Positions 10,080-20,100 of a stretch of 64,000 nt of DNA are shown piece by piece (positions within the stretch are counted from its first letter, which is position 1; each line of letters starts with the position of its first letter). A program made the translations under genes and the position numbers. The notes beneath the pieces are model-generated. The model was given only the letters and a program-made list of their open reading frames with translations, did not search any database and was not told where the DNA came from. Source of the DNA: Candidatus Enterousia sp. (GTDB lineage Bacteria > Pseudomonadota > Alphaproteobacteria > Rs-D84); assembly GCA_045645645.1 (NCBI GenBank), contig JAZRJE010000007.1, forward strand, positions 34,735 to 98,734, in the 5' to 3' direction.

Positions 10080-10775
10080 ATGACTGTTAGAATTGCGAAG
10101 TTTTTAGCAGATAAAGGTGTGTCATCACGACGTGGTGCAGAAAAGTTGATTTCCGATGGGTTGGTTACAATAAATGGTACTATCATAGATAGTCCGCTAA
10201 ATTTTGTTGATGAAAACGATGTTGTAGCAGTACGTGGGCATAAGGTTAATAGGAAAAAAGAAACCGAATTATATGCATTTTATAAACCAATTAATACAAT
10301 GACAACAACATGTGATCCAATGGGGCGAAAAACGATATATGATGTTATTCCGAAAAAATATCACAGTTTAAAATATGTTGGTCGTTTGGATTTTAAAACG
10401 ACTGGATTATTGTTGTTAACAAATGATGGTGATTTGGCGCGTCGTCTAACATTGCCATCATCAAAAATACCGCGTGTATATATTGTGGACGTTGCTGGTG
10501 ATACAAAAAACATAGAACGTGCGCGCAGTGGGATAACTGTTGATGGTGTAAGATATGCGCCAATGAAAATAGATATCTTAGAACCAAGTGTTTTGCGTAT
10601 TGAGATATGTGAAGGAAAAAAGAATGAAATTCGTATAGTTATGCGTGCGTGTGGGTGTCCTGTAAAAAAATTACACCGCATATCTTATGGGAAAATAAGT
10701 TTGGGAAAATTAACCAGTGGTCAAATTGCTAAGATCTCACAGAAAACAATTGACGAAATGTTAAAAACTCTCTAA
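10080..10775 (+). CDS. rluB: rRNA pseudouridine synthase, RsuA/RluB family
   Basis: S4 domain (RIAKFLADKGVSSRRGAE), VGRLDFKTTGLLLLTNDG, EGKKNEIR; exact subfamily uncertain. Confidence 0.8.
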   Translation: MTVRIAKFLADKGVSSRRGAEKLISDGLVTINGTIIDSPLNFVDENDVVAVRGHKVNRKKETELYAFYKPINTMTTTCDPMGRKTIYDVIPKKYHSLKYVGRLDFKTTGLLLLTNDGDLARRLTLPSSKIPRVYIVDVAGDTKNIERARSGITVDGVRYAPMKIDILEPSVLRIEICEGKKNEIRIVMRACGCPVKKLHRISYGKISLGKLTSGQIAKISQKTIDEMLKTL

Positions 10776-10802
10776 TATTCTATTAACGGAAGGGAGATTT
10801 AT

Positions 10803-11780
10803 ATGAAAAAAACATCTGTAAAAAATACAAAAAAAGCCCAAGTTTCTGGAGTAAAACCAGTTGTGAATGTTGCAAAAACTAAAACATGTGTTAATCCATG
10901 GTCTTTGTCGATTTATGTATATTGGTTTATTATTTTGTTCTTCATTGCGGCAACATTTTACATTTTAGGTCGCAGTCATAATGCAATATATACACCGAAT
11001 AATGGTATTGCAGAAGAAGCGTTGATGCAGGCATCGGATTATTATGATAATGGCAAAGCTAAGTTGTTGGCTGGTAATATTGATGAAGCTGTTGCAGATT
11101 TAACAACAGCAATCGATACAGGTTCTGCATCTGTCGATACGTATATATTACGTGGCGAAGCGTATATGCAATCTGGTGATTATCGTAATGCGATGGATGA
11201 TTTTAATGCGGCGCTGGAACGTGATCCACAAAATGCAGTTGCTTTTTATGATCGTGCATTGTTAAACACAAGATTAGAAGATTACAGTGCGGCATTAAAC
11301 GATATTAATAACTCTATGGCGTCAAATGCACAAAATCCAACACCTGTTTTGCAATTACGTGATTTGTATGCAAAGCGTGGTCAGTTAAATCTGTGGTTAA
11401 AGAATTGGGAAGGTGCAATTGCAGATTATACAAATTCTTTGGCAAGACCAGAAGGTATTGTGAATCCAACTGTTTACGCCGAACGTGCTGAGGCATACAC
11501 AGCCTTGGGTAATTATGCCGAAGCTGTTAATGATTATTCTTCTGCTGTACGTGTAATTTCTGAACAGATTCAAGGTGCTACAACAATGGCAGAACGTGAA
11601 AGTTTATCGACGCGTGCGATGAATTATTTTGAAAAATCGGCAGCTTTAAATGTAAACTTGGGTAATATGGATGCGGCACGTGCCGATTTAGAATCTGCGC
11701 GAACAATTGGTGCTGCATTGGGAGATACAGAAACTGTTGAACGATTGGATGTATTGCTGTCCGATATGAACGCAATGTAA
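10803..11780 (+). CDS. Membrane-anchored TPR-repeat protein
   Basis: Basic N-tail, one TM (IYVYWFIILFFIAATFYIL), about 5-6 TPRs (YILRGEAY...A..DFNAALERDP..AVAFYDRA). Confidence 0.8.
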   Translation: MKKTSVKNTKKAQVSGVKPVVNVAKTKTCVNPWSLSIYVYWFIILFFIAATFYILGRSHNAIYTPNNGIAEEALMQASDYYDNGKAKLLAGNIDEAVADLTTAIDTGSASVDTYILRGEAYMQSGDYRNAMDDFNAALERDPQNAVAFYDRALLNTRLEDYSAALNDINNSMASNAQNPTPVLQLRDLYAKRGQLNLWLKNWEGAIADYTNSLARPEGIVNPTVYAERAEAYTALGNYAEAVNDYSSAVRVISEQIQGATTMAERESLSTRAMNYFEKSAALNVNLGNMDAARADLESARTIGAALGDTETVERLDVLLSDMNAM

Positions 11781-11796
11781 TTAAGTTTGTGTATAT

Positions 11797-11824
11797 AAAA
11801 AAATCCCGCAACAGCGGGATTTTT
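11797..11824 (+). terminator. Intrinsic terminator
   Basis: A7-TCCCGC-aaca-GCGGGA-T5. Confidence 0.75.
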
Positions 11825-11881
11825 AATTGCAAATTTACATTTGTTTTTGTATTGTATTTCTGTATATCACAGGGGTGTATT

Positions 11882-12076
11882 ATGGAAGAAAATAAATTAA
11901 CGTTTGAAGAAGCTTATAAACAGTTAATGGAATTGGTAAAGAAAATGGAATCTGGCGAATTACCATTGGCAGATTCTGTTTCTGCGTACGAACAGGGGGT
12001 AAAATTAAAAGCGTATTGTGAACAATTATTAAAAGAAGCGGAATTAAAAATAGAAACATTGAAAGTAAACAATTAA
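11882..12076 (+). CDS. xseB: Exodeoxyribonuclease VII small subunit
   Basis: LTFEEAYKQLMELVKKMESGELPLADSVSAYEQGVKL. Confidence 0.93.
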   Translation: MEENKLTFEEAYKQLMELVKKMESGELPLADSVSAYEQGVKLKAYCEQLLKEAELKIETLKVNN

Positions 12077-12096
12077 CAGTATTAGCGGATTTTATC

Positions 12097-14616
12097 GTGG
12101 CAGAAAAAAGTAAATTAACCCCTGTTATGCAACAATATGTTGATATGAAGGCGGAAAATCCAGACGCTTTGTTGATGTTTCGTCTGGGCGATTTTTATGA
12201 ATCTTTTTTTGAAGATGCAAAAACAATCAGTTCTAATTTGGGATTGGTTTTAACTGCGCGCGGTACAGATGGTGATGGTGAATCTATACCCATGTGTGGT
12301 ATTCCATGGCATGCTGCAGATAACTATTTTGGGCGTTTGGTTCGTGCTGGTTTTTCTGTGGCATTGGTTGAACAAATGGAAACCCCAGCAGAAGCCAAGG
12401 TTCGTGGTCATAAATATATTGAACGAAAGGTTGTTCGTGTTTTAACACCTGGAACACTAACTGATGAAAATTTATTAACGCCTAAAAGTTCAAATTTTTT
12501 AGTATCTGTTATGCCGCTATCAAATGATGAATTTGATATTGCTGGTTGTGACATATCAACAGGTGAATTTTTTATAGGTAAAACATCAGAAATTATTGAT
12601 GATTTAGTCAGATTAAATCCTGCAGAAATAATTTATCCTGCGTTCAGTGCTGAACAGGAAAAAATTATGCAGCTGCGTGATATTTTTAAAACAACCGCAG
12701 TATTTGAAAAGTTATATCATCGTACTGATATTGATCAAATAGTATCACGTGTATTTGGTGGTGTTGTTCGTATGGATACGATATCTACGAATATTGATAA
12801 TGCGATATGTTTATTGGCTGGCTACTTGTTTAATACTCAACGAGAAGCGTCGATAACATTTCGTGCGCCACACATGTTTAAGTCAGGGGCGCAGTTGTTA
12901 ATAGATTCTGCTACGTGGAAAAGTTTGGAAATAGATGCCTCGATAAATGATGGTGGTGTGTCATTGATTGATGTTTTAGATAATACCAGAACCGCGGCAG
13001 GTGCACGAAAATTGCGTGGATATCTGCGTGCTTTATCAGCAGATATAGATGAAATAAAGATACGTCAATCACATATTGCGCATTTTATTTCAAATCCAGA
13101 TATTATGTCATCTGTGCAACGTATATTATCAACTGTGCCAGATGTTGGACGTTGTTTGTCGCGTTTATTATCTGGTCGCGGCACGCCACGTGATATGCGA
13201 AATATATCAGATTTTATAAATATATTACCTAATGCAAAGATGTTATCGGGTCGGCTAGATGCAAATTTATCTGCTAAATTTGCAGATATTTCTACGCATG
13301 ATGAAATTGGAATAATGTTACGTAATGCCTTGTCAGATCAATTACCTACTTTTTTTCGTGATGGTAATGTGATACGTGAAGGTTTTGATGCTGGGCTTGA
13401 TGCGATGCGAAATCTTGCCAACGGTGCAAAGGAAACAATTGCTGCATTGCAATCAGAATATGTTAATACCACAGGTATAAATACATTAAAAATTAAATAT
13501 AATAATATCTTGGGGTATTTTATAGAAGTTCCATCGTCACGTGCGGATATAATGATGAAACCAGAAAATGGTTTTATTCATCGTCAGACAATGGCTGGCA
13601 ATATGCGCTTTACAACGTCACGTTTGATTGATTTAGACAATGATGTTCGCAGTGCAGCAGAAAAAGCATCTGGTTTAGAATCAGAAATTATAAATACATT
13701 GATTGCACACATACGTGACATTGCAGATGATTTGTTGTCGACATCAGATTTATTAGCAGATGCGGATGTTTGGTGTTCTTTATCATACTGTGCAGATATT
13801 TATGATTGGACATGTCCACTTGTGACATCAGATTGTTCTTTTGATGTTGTTGGTGGTCGTCATCCAGTGATTGAATCGGTCTTGCGTTCACGTGGTGATA
13901 ATTTTGTAAAGAACGATTGTAATTTAAATGCGCGTGCAATTGCATTATTGACTGGACCAAATATGGCGGGTAAGTCGACATATCTACGTCAGAATGCGAT
14001 AATTGTTGTATTGACACATTTGGGGTCTTTTGTGCCGGCAACGCGTGCAACGATTGGTATTTGTGACCAATTATTTAGTCGTGTTGGTGCATCAGACAAT
14101 TTGGCAGCAGGACAATCTACGTTTATGGTTGAAATGGCCGAGACTGCAAATATTCTAAATCGTGCGACATCTAAATCATTTATTATTTTCGATGAAATTG
14201 GACGTGGTACAGCAACATATGATGGTATGGCGATTGCCCAAGCTGTGTTGGAATTTTTAAATGATATGCAGCCAAGAACATTATTTGCAACGCATTATCA
14301 TGAACTGACGCAGTTGGTGTCTAACGGCAGTCTGCAGAATGTATCATGTCTAACAATTGATGTTCGTGAACATAATAATGAAATAATATTTATGCACAAA
14401 ATTATATCAGGGGTTGCAAACAGATCATATGGTATTCATGTTGCGCGCATGGCAGGTATGCCGTCAACAGTTGTGGCACGTGCAGAAACAGTTTTATCTG
14501 GGTTGGAATCACATGAACCAGTTGCAAAGACGAATATAAGTGTAAAAAATGAATCCAAGAAGCCTTTGTGTGTATCATCGCCTGGGCGTTCGCAATTAAA
14601 TCTGTTTGGGGAATAA
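12097..14616 (+). CDS. mutS: DNA mismatch repair protein MutS
   Basis: TPVMQQY, FRLGDFYE, PMCGIP, TGPNMAGKSTYLRQ, STFMVEM, DEIGRGT, FATHYHEL; GTG start. Confidence 0.97.
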   Translation: MAEKSKLTPVMQQYVDMKAENPDALLMFRLGDFYESFFEDAKTISSNLGLVLTARGTDGDGESIPMCGIPWHAADNYFGRLVRAGFSVALVEQMETPAEAKVRGHKYIERKVVRVLTPGTLTDENLLTPKSSNFLVSVMPLSNDEFDIAGCDISTGEFFIGKTSEIIDDLVRLNPAEIIYPAFSAEQEKIMQLRDIFKTTAVFEKLYHRTDIDQIVSRVFGGVVRMDTISTNIDNAICLLAGYLFNTQREASITFRAPHMFKSGAQLLIDSATWKSLEIDASINDGGVSLIDVLDNTRTAAGARKLRGYLRALSADIDEIKIRQSHIAHFISNPDIMSSVQRILSTVPDVGRCLSRLLSGRGTPRDMRNISDFINILPNAKMLSGRLDANLSAKFADISTHDEIGIMLRNALSDQLPTFFRDGNVIREGFDAGLDAMRNLANGAKETIAALQSEYVNTTGINTLKIKYNNILGYFIEVPSSRADIMMKPENGFIHRQTMAGNMRFTTSRLIDLDNDVRSAAEKASGLESEIINTLIAHIRDIADDLLSTSDLLADADVWCSLSYCADIYDWTCPLVTSDCSFDVVGGRHPVIESVLRSRGDNFVKNDCNLNARAIALLTGPNMAGKSTYLRQNAIIVVLTHLGSFVPATRATIGICDQLFSRVGASDNLAAGQSTFMVEMAETANILNRATSKSFIIFDEIGRGTATYDGMAIAQAVLEFLNDMQPRTLFATHYHELTQLVSNGSLQNVSCLTIDVREHNNEIIFMHKIISGVANRSYGIHVARMAGMPSTVVARAETVLSGLESHEPVAKTNISVKNESKKPLCVSSPGRSQLNLFGE

Positions 14617-14618
14617 AT

Positions 14619-15491
14619 ATGGCAGACGGATTTATAATCTTAGACAAAGAATCTGGATTATTTTCGAGAACGGCTGGTGGTCGCATTGCACGTATGTTTG
14701 AAACTAAGAAATTCGGACATATTGGTACACTGGATCCAATGGCGTCAGGTGTTTTACCTATTGCAATTGGTGGTGCAACGAAAATGATACCGTTTATCGA
14801 AGATGTAAATTCGAATAAAAAAGAATATTTGTTTTCGTGTCAATTTGGTTTTGAAACAGATACCCTTGATATAACTGGTCATGAAATTGCCCGCAATAAT
14901 ATTATACCAAGCATAGAAGATGTTATATCTGTTTTGCCGAAAATGACTGGTAAAATCATGCAAACGCCACCTGTATATTCAGCAGTGCACGTTGATGGTG
15001 TTCGTGCATATGATGCAGCGCGTCGTGGACGTGAAATTGAAATACCGCCACGAGAAATAGAAATTTATGAGCTAGAATTTTTATCTGTACGCAATGAATC
15101 TTGGTGTTTTCGCGTGTTATGCAGTCGTGGTACATATGTACGCAGTATTGCACGTGATATTGCCAAAAAGTGTGGTGCATATGCGACTGTTGATATGATA
15201 CGTCGAACCCAAACCAATGGTTTTACTATAAAAAATGCAGTAAAACTTGATTTTTTAGAAAATCTGGTTAATAATGGTGGCGATTTCAAGAAATACTTGG
15301 AACCAATTGATTCAGGACTGGGGGACATTCCGGTTATGAATCTGGACGGCACGACGGCTGAATTTTATAAAAACGGCGGTTTTGTCGCGACAACGGGTGC
15401 GGACGGTCTGCGTCGTGTATATTCTGGTGATGAATTCATCGGAATTGGTACGGTAGCAGACGGAAAATTGCGCCCAAAACGAACAATATAA
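14619..15491 (+). CDS. truB: tRNA pseudouridine(55) synthase
   Basis: GHIGTLDPMASGVL, PPVYSAVHVDG, CSRGTYVRSIARD. Confidence 0.96.
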   Translation: MADGFIILDKESGLFSRTAGGRIARMFETKKFGHIGTLDPMASGVLPIAIGGATKMIPFIEDVNSNKKEYLFSCQFGFETDTLDITGHEIARNNIIPSIEDVISVLPKMTGKIMQTPPVYSAVHVDGVRAYDAARRGREIEIPPREIEIYELEFLSVRNESWCFRVLCSRGTYVRSIARDIAKKCGAYATVDMIRRTQTNGFTIKNAVKLDFLENLVNNGGDFKKYLEPIDSGLGDIPVMNLDGTTAEFYKNGGFVATTGADGLRRVYSGDEFIGIGTVADGKLRPKRTI

Positions 15492-15510
15492 AAAACAAAA
15501 GGAAAAACAA

Positions 15511-15783
15511 ATGTCCGTTACAAAAGAACAGATTGCCGAAGTAGTGGCAAATTTCAAAACGACTGAAAAAGACAATGGTGGTTCTGCGGCAGCCCAGGTT
15601 GCAGGTTTGACATTGCGTATTCGCAATTTGACAGAACACATGAAGGCTAATCACAAAGACAAACACTCAAAACGTGGTTTGTTGTTGATGGTTAACCGTC
15701 GTAAGAAATTATTGGCATACATCAAGAAAAATGATGTTGCTGAATACGAAGAACTGATTAAGAAATTAGGTCTGCGTAAATAA
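15511..15783 (+). CDS. rpsO: 30S ribosomal protein S15
   Basis: QVAGLTLRIRNLTEHMKANHKDKHSKRGLLLMVNRRKKLL...LGLRK. Confidence 0.98.
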   Translation: MSVTKEQIAEVVANFKTTEKDNGGSAAAQVAGLTLRIRNLTEHMKANHKDKHSKRGLLLMVNRRKKLLAYIKKNDVAEYEELIKKLGLRK

Positions 15784-15784
15784 T

Positions 15785-15812
15785 AAAAAAATCCCCGATT
15801 GGGGATTTTTTT
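15785..15812. terminator. Bidirectional terminator (rpsO / nth)
   Basis: A7-TCCCC-gatt-GGGGA-T7. Confidence 0.85.
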
Positions 15813-15814
15813 AT

Positions 15815-16453
15815 TCATTGTTTTGCTGGACACCATTTTGCGACGGGACACCTTTCGCATTCTGGACGCAACGCTTTGCATACATATCGTCCATGTAAAA
15901 CCATTACATGGTTTACAATTGGATGATATTTTTTTGGGATTTTTTGTAGCAGTTTTTCTTCTACTTTTTCAGGTGTATTGTCTGTATCATCAACCCATCC
16001 ATATCGATGAGCGTTGCGAAAAACATGTGTATCAACGCCAATATTTGGCGCACCCCATAAAACATTACATATAACGTTCGCTGTTTTTTGACCAATTCCT
16101 GGTAATTTCATTAAAGTATCACGATTGCGATATTTATCAGGAAAATTATCTGTCATCTTTTCTGCGACCAAACGTTCGGCCAGCGCAATTATATTTTTTG
16201 CCTTGTTGTTAAAGAAAGAAATAACACGTATGTGTTCTTTTAATCCATCAATTCCCAAATCTAACATTTTTTGTGGTGTTGGTGCGATGCGGAATAATTC
16301 AGGCGTTACCTCATTTACTTTTTTGTCTGTCGCCTGAGCTGATAAAATAACCGCCACCGCAAAGTTAAATTCATTGGTATGATACAACTCTGACCGTATA
16401 GTCATATCGACTGTATCAGGGACTAATTCAAAATATCTTTGTGGCGTCAGCAT
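15815..16453 (-). CDS. nth: Endonuclease III
   Basis: AVILSAQATD, LPGIGQKTANV (HhH), VDTHVFR, C-x6-C-x2-C-x5-C [4Fe-4S] motif. Confidence 0.96.
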   Translation of the reverse strand: MLTPQRYFELVPDTVDMTIRSELYHTNEFNFAVAVILSAQATDKKVNEVTPELFRIAPTPQKMLDLGIDGLKEHIRVISFFNNKAKNIIALAERLVAEKMTDNFPDKYRNRDTLMKLPGIGQKTANVICNVLWGAPNIGVDTHVFRNAHRYGWVDDTDNTPEKVEEKLLQKIPKKYHPIVNHVMVLHGRYVCKALRPECERCPVAKWCPAKQ

Positions 16454-16665
16454 TATTTCTGCTTTTGTAACAGTTCCAGAATTTTTGCGTTTTGTTGTTT
16501 TACAATTCGCAAATTGTCCAGTATTGTATATTCTTCACGTGTTAAATTTAACTTACGTGAACATAACGATTCTCTTTTGCAAAGACCGTTTGCACGAAAA
16601 TCAGGACATTGGCAACCATAATCATTTTCTGGATAAAAAAATTCTTTACAATATTTTCCTGCCAT
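16453..16665 (-). CDS. Hypothetical 70-aa Cys-rich protein
   Basis: AGGA SD, TAATG overlap with the nth start, 5 Cys; fills an otherwise empty gap in a tight operon. Confidence 0.75.
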   Translation of the reverse strand: MAGKYCKEFFYPENDYGCQCPDFRANGLCKRESLCSRKLNLTREEYTILDNLRIVKQQNAKILELLQKQK

Positions 16666-16676
16666 TTTTTAATTCC

Positions 16677-17096
16677 TTATTTTTGATTTTCTTTATCACG
16701 ATGAACAAACTGTAACAGACGTGTAATCAATTCCATTTCTTCTGTCAAATAGATTTCATGGTCGCATCCACCCTCTCCTGGCATGTTTTCATGTTTTTTG
16801 CATTTACCACCTGGGGTCTGATGCGGACAATGTTTATCAATTTGACCACAATACAGATTATTCGGATATGTCTGCATCGGTTTAAGTGTTGTGGAAATAA
16901 TACGTGGACCAGAATTGTATATGTGATACAGATATTTAATCAAAAATCCACTTTCTGGATTTTCAACCACAACAGAATCAGGACAACGTTCTTGCTTATC
17001 CAACCTTTCTGTCAATTTGCATCGTCCATCTGGCAATTTTTCGGGACATTTTGTCCCGATGTTGCCACAGTATAAATATGGATATTTTAGATTCAT
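16677..17096 (-). CDS. Hypothetical 139-aa protein with two tandem four-Cys repeats
   Basis: AAGGA SD overlapping the ileS end; internal duplication with identical C-x6-C-x8-C-x11-C spacing. Confidence 0.8.
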   Translation of the reverse strand: MNLKYPYLYCGNIGTKCPEKLPDGRCKLTERLDKQERCPDSVVVENPESGFLIKYLYHIYNSGPRIISTTLKPMQTYPNNLYCGQIDKHCPHQTPGGKCKKHENMPGEGGCDHEIYLTEEMELITRLLQFVHRDKENQK

Positions 17097-17105
17097 ATTT
17101 TATCC

Positions 17106-20100
17106 TTATGCCTTATTTACAGATACATTCAAATTATATCCTTCGATATCAGTTGTGTATTCACCGTCACCAGATTTCATTTCGACAATCAATGCTTCGT
17201 GCATAATACGTTTTTTATGTACTTCGATTGCATTAACGATTGCTGGATCACCCGAATACGTCAGGGTTATTCTATCAGAAACATCCAAACCTGCTGTCTT
17301 GCGTGTATCCTGGATGAAACGCAATGCGTCATTTGCCAACCCTTCTGCGACCAGGTCTGCTGTCACTTCTGTATCCAGAACAACCACCGCTGTATTGTCT
17401 GGCAATGCCGCACCTGAAACCCCAGTCTTGACGGTTAAGCGGTTTTCAAATTCGTCTGCATTCATCTCGTGTCCACCAGCAACTAATTTGTCACCAACTA
17501 ATTCATATTCGCCACGTTTGACGGCTGGAATAATTTCTTTTAAAGCCCCACCCAGACGTGCGCCAATTTTTGGTGTAATCAAATAGATAAAGCTATCTGC
17601 AACTTCATCGATATTTTCAATGAATTTAATTTCTTTAACATTTAATTCATCACGAATGATGTCAGCGTATGCACTTAAATCTGGGCCTGCAACGGTCATA
17701 TTAGCCAACGGCAAACGATTACGTAATTTGTATTGTTCACGCAATTGTTTTCCAGTAGATACGACCATTTGTACACGTCGCATATCATCGACAATTTTTT
17801 TATCGAAGATTTCCGCAGTTGGAAAATCTGTTAGATGTACAGATTCTGCATCCGTTAAGTTGCGATAGATGTATTCGGAAACAAATGGTGCGAACGGTGC
17901 CAGAACACGACACAATGTTGTCATCACTGTGTACAGTGTATCAAAAGCATCTTGTTCTTCGTCCCAGAAACGTGCACGACCACGACGAATGTACCAGTTG
18001 TTCAAGATGTCCAAGAATCGAACAAATTCTTTGATTGCAACATCTGGCTTGTATTCATCCAGTGCTGATTTTACAACACCAATCAAGACGTTTAATTCTG
18101 CCAAGATATATTTATCCAGTGCATTTGTTGGATTTTGCATTTCTTTTGCAACGATATTTCCAGCATTTGCATACAGTGTAAAGAAATGATACGCATTCCA
18201 CAATGGTGTTAAGATAGTTTTTGTAGATTCAACGAACACTTTACCTTCTTTATCAACTGGCACTGGTTCAGCTTTCATAAAGTTTGACCCCAGCACGAAC
18301 AAACGAATAGCATCTGCGCCATATTGTTCTATTTGCTGTTCAGGGTTAACAAAGTTCTTTAATGATTTAGAAAATTTCTTTTTATTTTCATCAACAACCA
18401 TACCATTTGCAGAAACATTCTTAAACGCAGGTTTATCAAACAACGCTGTTGCCAGCACCATCAGTGCATAGAACCATCCACGTGTTTGGTCTTGTCCTTC
18501 GATAATATAATCAGCTGGGAAAGTTGCTTCAAAGCGTTCCTTGTTTTCAAATGGATAATGCAATGATGCCCATGGCATAGAACCAGATTCAACCCAACAA
18601 TCCAAAACATCTGGTATACGTTTCCATCCATCCTTTTCCAGTTTATCTAATGTTGGACGATGCAGGTCAGATACTTCTACACCAAAGAATTCTTCTAATT
18701 CAGCAATTGAGCCAAACACTTTGTATTCACCGTCTTTTTCCCAAATTGGTAATGGCATCCCCCAGAAACGATTACGTGAAATTGACCATGGACGTGCCCC
18801 TTCTATCCAGGTACGGAAACGTTCGCCAGCACTTGTCCAATTAACCAGATTATTATTTGCAATCAGTTTATCCTTGATTTTTGGTACGTCAATATACCAA
18901 GAATCTGTTGCACGATAAATTAACTTTTCTTTTGAACGATCGCCAAATGGATAGTTGTGTTTGTATTGTTCTTTCTTAACCAAACGACCATTTGATTTTA
19001 ACCAATCCAGTATCGCTGGTGTTGCTACAAATATATTTTGACCTGCAAAATCAACAACTGTTTCATCAAAGTTACCATATGTATCAACGTTTAATAACAC
19101 TGGGAATTTTGGATCAATATTTTTTGCTGCCCAAAAGTCATCTGCACCGTATGCAGGTGCGATATGAACAATACCTGTACCATCACCATCGGAAACATAG
19201 TCCGCTGGAATTATTTGGAACAGTAAATCAGATTGTCCCGCATAGTATGGAAACAACGGCGTGTAATGCATGCCAGCTAATTCAGCACCTGTTAAGCGCC
19301 CTATTTCCGTTGCATTTGCGAATTGTTTTTCATATGCCTTTAAGCGACTTTCTGCAACAACATAAACTGCGCCATCATTATCCTGCATACGCAGATATGT
19401 CATATTTGGATTAACAGCCAGCGCACTATTTGCAGGCAATGTCCATGGTGTTGTTGTCCATGCAATTGCACGATCACCATTTTCTAATTCAAACCAAACT
19501 GTGACTGCATCATCAACAATTTCACGATAATCACTGGATGCTTCGGAATTTGAAATTACCGTACCATTAACCCAGTCATATGGATTAACGCTGTAGTCTT
19601 TGTACAACAGACCTTTTTCATACAAAGACTTTAATGTCCACAACATTGATTCCATATAATCTTTATTCATGGTTTTATAACCATATCCATCGCCAATATC
19701 AACCCAGCGACCCATACGTGCAATAAATGCGTTCCATTCATTTGTATATGTCATAACATCGCTGCGACACATATCGCAAAATGCCGCAATACCATCATCT
19801 GCAACAATATCTTTGGCAGATTTACCAACCTTTTTTTCAACAGAATTTTCGGCTGGCAAGCCATGACAATCCCAACCTAACTCACGTCTGACATAGCGAC
19901 CCGACATTGTCTGGAATCGTGAAACCATATCTTTGACCACAGACACCCCTAAATGTCCCCAATGTGGCAAACCATTAGCAAATGGTGGGCCGTCATAGAA
20001 ACTAAATGGATGTCCCAACTTTGTTTTTTCTAATGTTTTATGAAACGTGTCGTTTGCACGCCAATAGGCTAATAATTCATGTTCTAATTCTGGGAAATTA

